Shown one piece after another: positions 31,105 through 40,685 of a DNA stretch of 64,000 nt. The position numbers and the translations under genes were made by a program. The notes below the pieces were generated by a model that did not search any database, was not told where the DNA came from, and saw only the letters and a list, made by a program, of their open reading frames with translations. The stretch is from contig CBDDBZ010000020.1 in NCBI GenBank assembly GCA_965225945.1, forward strand, positions 58,368 to 122,367. Reading direction: 5' to 3'. Position 1 is the stretch's first letter. Each line of letters opens with the position of its first letter. This stretch comes from Alphaproteobacteria bacterium. Lineage in GTDB: Bacteria > Pseudomonadota > Alphaproteobacteria > GCA-2731375.

Positions 31105-31559
31105 CGCGGCGGCTTGCCTTGCGGCGTTTCCCGAACGAGGTCGTTCGCCGGCGCCAGGCGCCGGGCGGCTTTAATCAATTTGGCGAATTCGAGCCGGGCC
31201 CGGTTGTGGAAACGATTTTCCCGGCACGGGTTTTGCCGCTGTTGCTTTCGGACTCGGATTTTGTCGGCGGGGTGTCCCTCGTAGAGCGCCTAAAGATTTT
31301 CGTGCCGCGCGGGATCGCGCGCCGCCGGGGCCAAGGTGACGCGCTTGCTTGGCATGGCGCCGCGCTTGCTTGGAACGGCGATCCGCTGCGATGGGGCGGC
31401 GGCGACGGGGCGCTGATCGAGGATGATTCGATTCCGTTCCTGGCCGCGTTCGAGGACCGGCAGGCCGACGTGTTGGTCTATGCGGGGATCGAGTATGTCG
31501 TGGAGGAAAGCCAGGATTGGCCGCGCTACACGCGAGCAATTGCGCTAAGGGAAACTTAA
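31101..31559 (+). CDS. putative head-closure protein
   Basis: NQFGEF, D-V-YAG-EY-V beta pattern; ATGA coupling. Confidence 0.55.
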   Translation: MTRRLALRRFPNEVVRRRQAPGGFNQFGEFEPGPVVETIFPARVLPLLLSDSDFVGGVSLVERLKIFVPRGIARRRGQGDALAWHGAALAWNGDPLRWGGGDGALIEDDSIPFLAAFEDRQADVLVYAGIEYVVEESQDWPRYTRAIALRET

Positions 31560-31562
31560 ATC

Positions 31563-32621
31563 ATGCGTTGGCCATGGCAACGGGAAACCCGCGAGGCGAC
31601 GGGCGGCTATACCGAGATCATATCCCGGTTGGTGGAGGCGCAGGCGGCTGGAACCACCCAGCAAGCGAGCGCCACGGCCGCCACCGAGGCCGTGGCGGGC
31701 CTGCTGTCGAGGTCCTTTGCGGCGGCGATGGTCGAGGGTCCGGGCGACGTCGCCGGGATCGTGACGCCGCGGTGTCTGGCGCAGATCGGCCGCGACTTGG
31801 TTCGCGTCGGCGAATCGCTTCACGTTATCCGATACATGGGCGGGCGCATGATGCTGGTGCCGGCGTCAACATGGTATTTCGAGGGCGGCGCCGACCCGGA
31901 CGCATGGCTTTGCACGGCAACCGCCTACGGGCCTTCCGGCTCGTCGACATGGCGGGTGCCGCAATCGTCGGTTGTGTTCGTCACATGGGGCTCGCCGACC
32001 GCCCGGCCCTATCACGGGCTCTCGCCGTCGAGCTGGGCGGCCGACACAGCACGGCTGAACGCGAACACCGAGAAATCGCTTGCCGACGAAGCGGGCGGGC
32101 CCGTCGCCCAGCTCTTGCCGGTTCCCCAAGACGGCGGCGACGATGGCGACGAGGACCCGCTCGCCATGCTCCGCAAGGATATCCGGGACGCCAAGGGCAA
32201 GGCCCTGTTGGTCGAAACCGTCGCGAGCGGCTGGGGCGAAGGCAAAACCGCCGCGCCGCAGTCCGATTGGCAGCAACGGCGCCTGGGGCCGCAACCGACC
32301 GAGGCGATGGTGAAGCTCGCGGACTCGGCCTTCGCCAGGGTGCTCGCCGCGTGCGGGTGCTCCCCGGCGCTGTTCGACGATAGCGACGGAACGAGCAAAC
32401 GAGAGGCGCTTCGCCAGTGGCACCTCGGCACCGTCCAGCCGCTCGCGCGGCAGCTGGAACATGAACTATCGACGAAATTCGAGGTCCCGGTGACGCTCCG
32501 CTTCGACCTCTACAACGTCGATCTGGCCGGCCGGGCGCAAGCGTTCCAGAAACTCGTTGCCGGCGGCGTGGCCGTGGACCAGGCGTTGGCAACGACCGGG
32601 CTGCTGGTGTTTGACGAGTGA
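31563..32621 (+). CDS. phage portal protein
   Basis: MRWPW N-terminus, DLVRVGE, HGLSP, VLAACGCSPALF, TVQPLARQLEHEL. Confidence 0.85.
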   Translation: MRWPWQRETREATGGYTEIISRLVEAQAAGTTQQASATAATEAVAGLLSRSFAAAMVEGPGDVAGIVTPRCLAQIGRDLVRVGESLHVIRYMGGRMMLVPASTWYFEGGADPDAWLCTATAYGPSGSSTWRVPQSSVVFVTWGSPTARPYHGLSPSSWAADTARLNANTEKSLADEAGGPVAQLLPVPQDGGDDGDEDPLAMLRKDIRDAKGKALLVETVASGWGEGKTAAPQSDWQQRRLGPQPTEAMVKLADSAFARVLAACGCSPALFDDSDGTSKREALRQWHLGTVQPLARQLEHELSTKFEVPVTLRFDLYNVDLAGRAQAFQKLVAGGVAVDQALATTGLLVFDE

Positions 32622-32848
32622 CCAAGTCTGCCCGGACTGCGGCCGGCCGCGCGCCCGCTCTTGATCGAGGAATAGAGTTCCGGCCGGTTTCCCACCCGGT
32701 CCGGCCGGATTAGGGTGCGGCCCGGTTTCCCCCGATTCCGGGCCGCACTCGCGTCCGGCGGCACACGAAGGGGGGGGCTGCATTTTGCGCCCCCCCCCCC
32801 CCTCGCCGGTGTCGGGGTGCCAGGTTGGCACCCTTCCCCTTTTGAACG

Positions 32849-32907
32849 AACCAAGAAAACTTGGTTGACGTATCAATATTTTTGGTTTACCATTCTTTCA
32901 GAACCAA
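32849..32907 (+). promoter_or_regulatory. sigma70-type promoter with operator-like palindrome
   Basis: TTGACG(32865)-17 bp-TACCAT(32888); palindrome AACCAAG-AAAA-CTTGGTT overlapping -35, extra AACCAA half-sites. Confidence 0.65.
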
Positions 32908-32918
32908 CGGAGCGCGAA

Positions 32919-33314
32919 ATGCCCAAGCGGGACGATAGACGACTGGTTTCCGTGCCCATCGAAACCTTCAAGGCGATTCAGCAATTGCAGCGTGAGCTGG
33001 CGGCGGTCACGGGGCAGAGGGTGACTATCGGCGACGTGGTCGCGCGTGGCGCGCAGTGCCTTTGCGATGCGCACGCGGGGCAGGCATGGCTGTCTCCCGC
33101 CGAACAGGAAAAACCTCTACGGGAGCGGGTTCGAACGGCGGTGATGTCGAATCTCATTGCTCTGCGTGAGCTGGTTCCGGGGATCGGCATCGGCGAAATC
33201 GGGTACGACGCGGAACACGATGCCGTGTTGGTGGCCGTCGAGGGCGAAGATGACCCGGTGCCCCTCTATCCCGACTCGCCGACCACTTGGGCGGCGAGGC
33301 GCCGGCTGAACTGA
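32919..33314 (+). CDS. putative RHH-like regulator
   Basis: RLVSVPIETFKAIQQL...TIGDVV ribbon-helix-helix-like N-terminus; GGAG RBS. Confidence 0.55.
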   Translation: MPKRDDRRLVSVPIETFKAIQQLQRELAAVTGQRVTIGDVVARGAQCLCDAHAGQAWLSPAEQEKPLRERVRTAVMSNLIALRELVPGIGIGEIGYDAEHDAVLVAVEGEDDPVPLYPDSPTTWAARRRLN

Positions 33315-33331
33315 GGGATGGGCCGCGGCTG

Positions 33332-33541
33332 ATGGCGAATCAGAAAGCCACCGTCCGACAATCCGAGTTGACGCGCTACCTGAAGGCCATGCGCGACGCG
33401 GGCATCGCGGAGGGCCGGCTTGAGATTACGAAGCCTGACGGGACACGAATCGCAATCACCTCGGGCAAGGCTTCCGAGATCGCCGACGCCAGCGATGACA
33501 TCGACGCGATGATCGAAAAGGTGCCGCATGCGATACCGTAA
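33332..33541 (+). CDS. putative excisionase/RDF-like small protein
   Basis: RQSELTRYLKAMRDAG...LEITKPDG; overlaps integrase start. Confidence 0.6.
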   Translation: MANQKATVRQSELTRYLKAMRDAGIAEGRLEITKPDGTRIAITSGKASEIADASDDIDAMIEKVPHAIP

Positions 33542-34598
33542 GGAATTCCCCGGCGTGACGGTTGTACGGGATCGGCACGGCCGGCTGCGGTACCGGCTGC
33601 GCCGCACGACCGACGGCCGCAAGATTGACGGCTACTTGCCGGGCGTCATTGGATCGACGGAATTCCGCGCGGCATACCATGAGGCGACCGAGGGCGTCCG
33701 GGCCGCGGGCCGGCGGGCACAGCCCGGCACCGTCGGCTATCTGATCGAGGCGTATCTGGCCGGCACCGCATTTCGGAACTTGGCGGATAGGACGCGAGCG
33801 GACAAACGCTGGCGCCAGGACTGGATCAAGGAAGCCATCGGGAGCGCCCGGTACGCTTCCATCCAGCCGCGCCACATCGAGGCGTTGATGTCGAAGAAAG
33901 GCGGGCCGGCCGCGGCGAACCGACTCAAGAAGGACCTCTCTCAGCTGTTCCGATTCGCCGCGAAACGATTCGGCTACCAAGGCCAAAATCCCGCCGCGCT
34001 GGCGGATACGCACAAGGAGAGGTCGGAGGGTTATCACACCTGGACTGACGACGAGATCGAGGTATTCCGGGCCAAGTTTCCGACTGGAACGAAGGCACGG
34101 CTGGCGCTTGAGATTTTCCTAGGGACGGGTGCTGCCCGGCAAGACGCGGCGACGCTCACCCGGGCGAGCATACGCGGCCTTCGCCTCTTCTATCGACGCG
34201 GGAAGACCGGCCAGGAAGTGGACCTGCCAATCGTGGCCGAGTTGGCGAAGGAACTGGCGTATCTGCCGCCGGACCAAATGATGCTGCTGGCGCACGGGGA
34301 GAGAGCGAAGGCCTACAGCGCCTCACCGCTCGGCAACTGGTTCAGGGACAGGTGCGAAGAAGCCGGCTTACCGCACTGTTCGGCGCACGGGCTGCGGAAG
34401 GCCGGCGCCCGGCGCTTGGCTGAGGCCGGTGCGACCGAATGGGAGGTGATGGCCTTCCTCGCCCACCGGACCGCCAAGGAGGCGAGCCGCTATACCGCAG
34501 CGGCGAATAGGTCGATGCTCACGACGAGAGGTATGGCGAGACTCAGCACGAAACCCGAACAAATCTTGTCCAACCTTCCGTCGAGGTTGGACAAATAG
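33528..34598 (+). CDS. int: tyrosine integrase
   Basis: GTGAAR, HGLRK, LAH, RYT catalytic residues; DRHGRLRYR arm-binding N-terminus. Confidence 0.93.
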   Translation: MRYRKEFPGVTVVRDRHGRLRYRLRRTTDGRKIDGYLPGVIGSTEFRAAYHEATEGVRAAGRRAQPGTVGYLIEAYLAGTAFRNLADRTRADKRWRQDWIKEAIGSARYASIQPRHIEALMSKKGGPAAANRLKKDLSQLFRFAAKRFGYQGQNPAALADTHKERSEGYHTWTDDEIEVFRAKFPTGTKARLALEIFLGTGAARQDAATLTRASIRGLRLFYRRGKTGQEVDLPIVAELAKELAYLPPDQMMLLAHGERAKAYSASPLGNWFRDRCEEAGLPHCSAHGLRKAGARRLAEAGATEWEVMAFLAHRTAKEASRYTAAANRSMLTTRGMARLSTKPEQILSNLPSRLDK

Positions 34599-34646
34599 GG
34601 AGATTAAGTCATTGATATACAACGACGAAAAACAACGGGTGACTGT

Positions 34647-34831
34647 CCGTCCTGGAAGGTGACGATGCGGTGCCATTCGGTGCGGTCCACCTTATCGCCC
34701 GAGTTTTTGTCGAGGTAGCTTTCGTCGGTCGCGATCGAGACGTTGGCGACACGGCCGCCGTTGGTGAGATGGCTGATGGTGGCGTCGGCGCCGAGGCGTC
34801 CGATCAGCTGGGCGTTATTCAATCCGAACAT
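34647..34831 (-). pseudogene. ssb: ssb 5' part
   Basis: NNAQLIGRLGAD...SIATDE...RTEWHRIVTFQDG; AGGAG RBS. Confidence 0.9.
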
Positions 34832-34938
34832 GATCAATCTCCTATGATCCGGGTTATGACATCGGGTTAGCGAACGGGAACCGGTCTCTCTCGATTCCTT
34901 CCCCCTTCACACTTCTCTAAGCCCCCCTCTTCCTCTAT

Positions 34939-35130
34939 TCAGCCGTCCGCGCCGGTATATGTCCGGGAGCCGAGAACCTCGCGGATCGCGTGGGCCGGCA
35001 ATCCGGCCGCGGCCAGCAGCGCGCCGGCATCGGGAAGCGGTGCGGTGAAGCCGGGATCGGCATCGTTTGTGCTATCGGGATTGAAAAGGGTGTCGTTGGA
35101 CTCGGTCGAGGTATGTCTGGAATCGAACAT
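34939..35130 (-). CDS. small hypothetical protein
   Basis: GGAGGT RBS, ATG 35130. Confidence 0.5.
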   Translation of the reverse strand: MFDSRHTSTESNDTLFNPDSTNDADPGFTAPLPDAGALLAAAGLPAHAIREVLGSRTYTGADG

Positions 35131-35291
35131 CTGGCACCTCCGGTTGATGGGGTTGAGACACCGCCCGGAGGGGACTCTCTTTTCCCTTGGGCGCGTCGCC
35201 CTTCTCTTTGCCTTCCTCAAACTCTCTTGCACGTTGGTCGAGGCAGGCCGGAGAGTTCGGGGGCATTGCCCGGCAATCGCCGCGCGGTTCA

Positions 35292-35606
35292 TCAAAGGGC
35301 CGCGTCGTTGGCGTCCATGATGGCGATGATGACGTCGTCGAGGCTGCCCCTGGCGCTCATCAAGGTGTGTTCCAGATGGAGAAGCTGGTGGCGGAGCCCG
35401 GCGCGGTCGTCGCAGGACGGGTTGTTGGGCAGACGCATGATGGCGTTCCGCAACTCGGCGAAGCGCTCCGCCAGATCCTTCATGTGAGCTGCAGCTTCGC
35501 GTGCGCCGGTCCGGGCTTCCTGCAGGAACCCGCCGGGATCGGGACGGGTGCCGGCCATGGTCTCGAAATCGCCGGTCGTGGAGTGTGGTGTGAGGGTGTC
35601 AAACAT
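35292..35606 (-). CDS. small helical hypothetical protein
   Basis: GGAGG RBS, ATG 35606. Confidence 0.55.
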   Translation of the reverse strand: MFDTLTPHSTTGDFETMAGTRPDPGGFLQEARTGAREAAAHMKDLAERFAELRNAIMRLPNNPSCDDRAGLRHQLLHLEHTLMSARGSLDDVIIAIMDANDAAL

Positions 35607-35814
35607 CGGGTTCCTCCGTGGATTGCAAGACAGAATGGCGGCGATGCCGGAATTGCCTCCCGCGCACCCCCCGAACCGCCCCTGCCGTGCTGCCCTCGAC
35701 CTCCATGTGCCGCAACGTGCGGGTGGGAGGGCCTCACTCAAAACGTTGCCGTGGCCTGCTCCTGGCCCATCATGCCGGGTGGCAAGTTACCGGGTGTAAA
35801 CCGGCCTGCCCGGT

Positions 35815-36072
35815 TCAATGGGTGGTTTCATCGCGGGCGGCGGACATGGACCGGCCGGCGATGGCGGACCAGGCATCCCGGTCGAGTCCGAGCTTGGCGT
35901 TCAGGCGATCGCAGATCCTCAGAGCATCGTCGAGTGTGAGCCCAACCAACGCTGTGGGGACGTAGCCCGGCATCGAATCGAACACGATTCGGATCTGCTG
36001 TGGCATGTTGTCGAAGTCATAAGCTGGACAAAACGCGTAGACGGGATCGTCGGGCAGCGTATGAGATGTCAT
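35815..36072 (-). CDS. small hypothetical protein
   Basis: GGAAG RBS; ICDRLNAKLGL motif. Confidence 0.55.
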   Translation of the reverse strand: MTSHTLPDDPVYAFCPAYDFDNMPQQIRIVFDSMPGYVPTALVGLTLDDALRICDRLNAKLGLDRDAWSAIAGRSMSAARDETTH

Positions 36073-36249
36073 GACGATATCTTCCATATGGCGGATTGGA
36101 CTGTTCGTGCCTGTGAGCGGCGCAAAGGCGCAATTTCCCGGATGTGGGTGTCTTCGTGGAGTGAAGAATCCTACAACCTTTTGCGCGTAGCGGGCGGTAG
36201 CAAGGTTTGGCACGCCCCCGCGCCGGATACCGGACGGGAGCGTGCGGGT

Positions 36250-39200
36250 TTACACCGGGCTCGCAGCCGCGAGCGGCCAGCGTTCGAGGATGCGGCCGAG
36301 GTCGATGTATTCGGGCACGAATACACGGGTCCGCCACGAGACGATCTCGGTGGCGCAGCCCATGCGCTTGAGCGCGGCGAGGTCGCCGTCGGCCGGCCCC
36401 TCGATCTCGACGCGCACGGCGCCCATCAGGCGCCGCCTTGCGAGGCGCCAGCCGTTGGCGAGATCGAAGGACGCGCCGCGGGTAAGGATCGCCTCGTGCA
36501 TCTCGGCCGAACTCATGAGCGGTCCGCAGGCCAGTCCGAAGGCGTCGTGGAAGGCGTACGCCTGCTCGGGCGTCAGAACCCGGCCGAGCAGGCTTTCCCC
36601 GGCGTCGGTCGCAAGCCGGCGCACCCGCATGTTTTCGCCCGGCAGGCGGTCCCAGATGGGGAGCAGCAGGCCGGTGACCAGCCACAGGCGGGATTCGGTG
36701 TGGCTGGGCAGCCCCTCGATCTCCGCATCCCACGACGCGCGCCAACGATCTTCGCCTGCCTCCTCCCAGTTCGAGGCGGCAAGCTCCTCCGCGGCCATGG
36801 GCTCGCGGGCGGCGGGACGGACCAGGCGGACCCGGGCTTCGACTCCACCGTCCTCGAACATCCGCGACGGCGCGGGCAGAACCACGGCGGCGCGCTTCGA
36901 GCGGGTGTTGATGACGGGCCGCCCGTCGCGCAAGGCGAGGGCATCGCCGGCCGTCAGCGGCACGAGCCGGTCGCGGCGGACGATCTCGACAAGCTCGGTG
37001 GCGGCGCCCGAGGCTTCATGAACGTGAACCGTCTCGCGCGAGGCCACGGTGAGCGAGTCGGCCCGGATGGTCTCGACGCCCTGCTCATGGGTCCCGGCCT
37101 CGATGGCCTGCTCGATGTTGGCCTCGATGCGGGTTTCCAACTCGGCGAACAGTTCGTTCTGTTCGGCGATGGGCAGGGCCAGCAGGCGATTGAGGAACCG
37201 GGGCATCGGCGGCAGGTCTTCCTTGAGGGAGCCTTCCCAAATCAGCTTCAGACCGGTGGCCTCCTCGAAGCGGTCCATGGACCAGCCCGTTATGTTGCCG
37301 CGCCACAGTGCGATGTAGAACTGGCGCAGCGCCACCTTGGCGTAGGGGCTTTCCAGATTGTCGCTGGCCCGGAACATGGTGGCGTCGCCGCCGCCCATGG
37401 CGGTCTGCGAATCGCGCTGGCCCCGGGTGATGGCGCCGAGGCTGTCGAGACGCCGGGCGATGGTGGCGATGAAGCGGCGCTCGCCCTTCACATCCGTGGT
37501 GACCGGGTCGGAACAGGGGGGCCGAGGCCTGGTGCGTTCGATGGGTGCGGCCCAGCCCCTGGATCGCCTGGTCGGCCCGCCAGCCCGGTTCCAGCAGGTA
37601 ATGGATACGCCGCGCTGTATTGCCGCAGCCGAGATCGGCGTGATAGCTGCGCCCGGTGCCGCCGGCCATGGAGAAGACGAGGATGCGTTTGTCGCCCGCC
37701 ATGAAGGCGGCGGACTCGGCGAGGTTGGCCGAGGCCGGGCGGTTGCGCAGCGCCAGGCGTTCGCCGGATGCATCGGCGATGCGCAAGACCCGGCGCGAGC
37801 GGCCGGTGACCTCGGCGACGGCCTCGTCGCCGAAGCGGTGCAGGATCTGGTCGAGCGCGGCCTGCACCGGTGGCAAGGCCGCGAGCTTCTCGATCAACGC
37901 ATCGCGGGCGGCCACGGCTTCCTGGCACAGGACCGGGTTGCCCCCGGCGTCGGTCACGGGCCGCGACATCAGGTTGCCCTCGTCGTCGGTGAACGGTTCC
38001 TGCAATTGCACCGGGAAGGCGTGGGCCAGATACTCCAGGCACGCCTCCCTCGGCGTCAGGTCGACGGAGATGTCGTTCCATTCCGAGACGGGGATCTCGG
38101 CGATGCGCCGGTCCAGCAAAGCCTCGCCGGTGGAGACCAGCTGGATCACGCAGGCATGGCCGGCCTCGAGATCGGCCTCGATCGCCCGGATCAGGGAGGG
38201 GCATTTCATGGCGGTCAGGAGATGGCCGAAGAAGCGCTGCTTCGCGCCCTCGAAAGCCGACAGCGCGGCGGATTTGGCGTTCTTGTTGAGAGTAGCATCG
38301 CCCTCCATGATGCCGGTGGCTTTGAGAGCGTCTTCCATATTGCGGTGGATCACCTTGAAGGCGCCGGCATAGGCGTCGTAGATGCGCCGCTGTTCGGGCG
38401 TGAGCGGATGTTCGAGCGGCTCGACCTCGACCCCGTCATAGCTGAGCGCACGGGCCTGGTAGAGCCCGAGCGCCTTCAGATCGCGGGCCACAACCTCCAT
38501 CGCCGCGACCCCGCCGGCCTCCATGGCGGTCACGAAATCGGTGCGTTGTTCGAAGGGCGTCTCGCCGCCCGTATCCGCGCCGCCCCACAGGCCGAGGCGG
38601 CGCGCATAGGCCAGGCCGGGCACCGTGGTGGCCCCGGTGGCGGAGACATAGAGTATACGGGCATCGGGCAAGGCGTTCTGCAAACGCAATCCGGCGCGGC
38701 CCTGCTGCGAGGGGGCCGTATCGCCGCGTGATCCCTTGGACCCGGCGGCGTTGGCCATGGCGTGCGCCTCGTCGAACACGATGACGCCGCCATAGGCATG
38801 GCGGGAGTCTTGATCCGTCCCGTCCGCGAGCCAGCCGACGATCTGTTCGAGGCGCGAGCGCTTTCCCTGGCGGGCGGGCGAGCGCAAGGTTGCATAGGTG
38901 GCGAACAGGATGCCGGCCTCTTGCGGAATATCGGCCCCCTGGCGGAACTTGCCCAACGGGATGATGTCGGCCTCGTTGCCGCCGATCGCGGCCCAGTCGC
39001 GGCGGGCGTCCTCTAGAAGCTTGTCGGAGGCGGACAGCCACAGCGCCCGGCGACGGCCGCGCAGCCAGTGGTCGAGAATGATGGCGGCGACCTGGCGGCC
39101 CTTGCCGCAACCGGTGCCGTCGCCCAGCATCCAGCCGCGCCGGAAACGCACTGGCGCGGACAGGGCTTCGCCGTCGCCGGTGGCATCAGGATTCGGTTCA

Positions 39201-39679
39201 AGACTGGTGCATGTTGCGTCAGCGTTATTGGCGGTCTCCGGGACGCTATCGCCGTCATCGCCGTTGTCATCTTCATTGTCGGCAACACGCGCGACGGTCT
39301 CCCAGCTCTCGCCGATGCGATAGAGCGCGGAAAGATGGTGGCCGTGGGCCTGACCGGCGAGGATGACGCTTTCTAGTTGCGCGTCGGACAGCAGTTCGTC
39401 CGTCACGATACGCACCGGCAGCATCGGGCGGTAGGCCGGCACGGGATGGGGCACCGCCGCCATGGCGGCGGATTGCACCAGGGGTGTTGGATGTTCGCAG
39501 GCGCCGGGAATGCGCGCGGTCCGGGCCCGCCAGGGCTCGTAGACCCCGGCATGGGTGGCCTCCGGTTCGTTTGCCGTGCCTTGTCCGATGGCGGATGGTG
39601 TCTCGTAGGCGAGTTCGGCTACCGGCCCCCAGTCGTGGACCTGCGCCGCGGCAGGTTTTGCCTGGGGCGCGGCGGCCAC
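36250..39679 (-). pseudogene. strawberry-notch-like helicase; N-terminus removed at IS21 end, +1 frameshift near 37505
   Basis: LSDAQLES, GDGTGCGKGRQ, FDEAH, SATGA, QGLGRTHRTHQ, FLNRLLAL. Confidence 0.88.
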
Positions 39680-39792
39680 TGTTAGCGGTGGTTCCAGGGT
39701 GCGCTTATATGGTGCTCTTTTTGAGCGGTCGGTGGCGGTTGGCTGACGGGATGCTTTTGGGCTTGGCTGATTTTGTTTCGCGCTGTGGCTAT

Positions 39793-40683
39793 TCAGTCGA
39801 GGGGCCGGTCATCGATCTGGAGCGGTTCGCCGGCGCGGTCGCGCATGAGCATGTCGTTCCAGTCCAGGCCGTCGAGGGCAGGGCGCAGGCGGACGACCCT
39901 GCTGTCGTTTCGGATGAGCCGTGCCGCGGCGTCATCGCCCTGGCGGGTGGCGTCGTAGGCGCAGAAGATCCGGCCGGGGTTCCAGGCCTCGATCCATTCG
40001 GGGAGGCTTGCGGTGGCGCCGCCGGTTGAGACCACGGCGCATCCCTTGCGCCCGGCCGGGACGAGGTGGAGGGAGAGGACCGACAGGGCGTCGATTGCGT
40101 TCTTGGCGAGGATGACGGAGTTCGGCCAGTCGGGTTCCCACGACATCCAGAAGCCGCCGCGCGCGGCGGCGCCGGTCGGCGCGAGGCGGCGTGGCGCCGC
40201 GGCAGGGACGATCTCGGCGCCGAGAGCCTCGCCGGCCGCGTTTCGGCGGACGAACACGGCGTTGCCGTGGCGGTCGGCGTAGAGCAAGCCGAGGTCGCGG
40301 CACAGGGCGACGAGCACATCCGCGAGGCCGCGCTGCTCGACGAGGTAGCTCTGGATGGCGGGCCAGTGGCGGTCCGGGCACGGCGGCTTCGGGTGGCGAT
40401 CGGCCGGGAACCGGTCACGGCACGGCAGTTCCGAGAAGAAGCCGAGGGCCTCGGGCACGGTGCACCGGCAGGCATGGATTACCAGGTCGATCGCTCCGCC
40501 CCCGCCGCGCAGATGTTCGTAGAACATAAAGCCGTTGATGCTGACGACGGATCCGGGACGCCTCCAGCGCGCGGCATCGGTGGGATCGCGGCGGTAGCCG
40601 AGGCGGCGGACGACGTCTTCGAGGGGATAGCCTCGCAGGGCCTCGGCCCGCACCCGCCGGTCCCAGAGGCGGGGACCATCCAT
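39793..40683 (-). CDS. DUF3991/Toprim primase-like protein
   Basis: GGGAIDLV, YLVEQRGL, LYADRHGNAVF, AIDALS, STGG, AYDATRQGD. Confidence 0.78.
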   Translation of the reverse strand: MDGPRLWDRRVRAEALRGYPLEDVVRRLGYRRDPTDAARWRRPGSVVSINGFMFYEHLRGGGGAIDLVIHACRCTVPEALGFFSELPCRDRFPADRHPKPPCPDRHWPAIQSYLVEQRGLADVLVALCRDLGLLYADRHGNAVFVRRNAAGEALGAEIVPAAAPRRLAPTGAAARGGFWMSWEPDWPNSVILAKNAIDALSVLSLHLVPAGRKGCAVVSTGGATASLPEWIEAWNPGRIFCAYDATRQGDDAAARLIRNDSRVVRLRPALDGLDWNDMLMRDRAGEPLQIDDRPLD

Positions 40684-40685
40684 GG

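Larger units (their letters stand above)
24380..34656 (+). mobile_element. integrated tail-less phage satellite (cf-PICI-like) with ColE2-type replicon
   Basis: 10-bp DR CCGTCCTGGA at 24380-24389 and 34647-34656 splitting ssb; rep, terL, HNH, capsid, protease, connector, closure, portal, integrase; no tail or lysis genes. Confidence 0.88.

Noticed and set aside
24380-34656. Complete prophage or gene transfer agent
   Set aside because: No tail or lysis genes between intact att sites; the integrase and replicase are not GTA features
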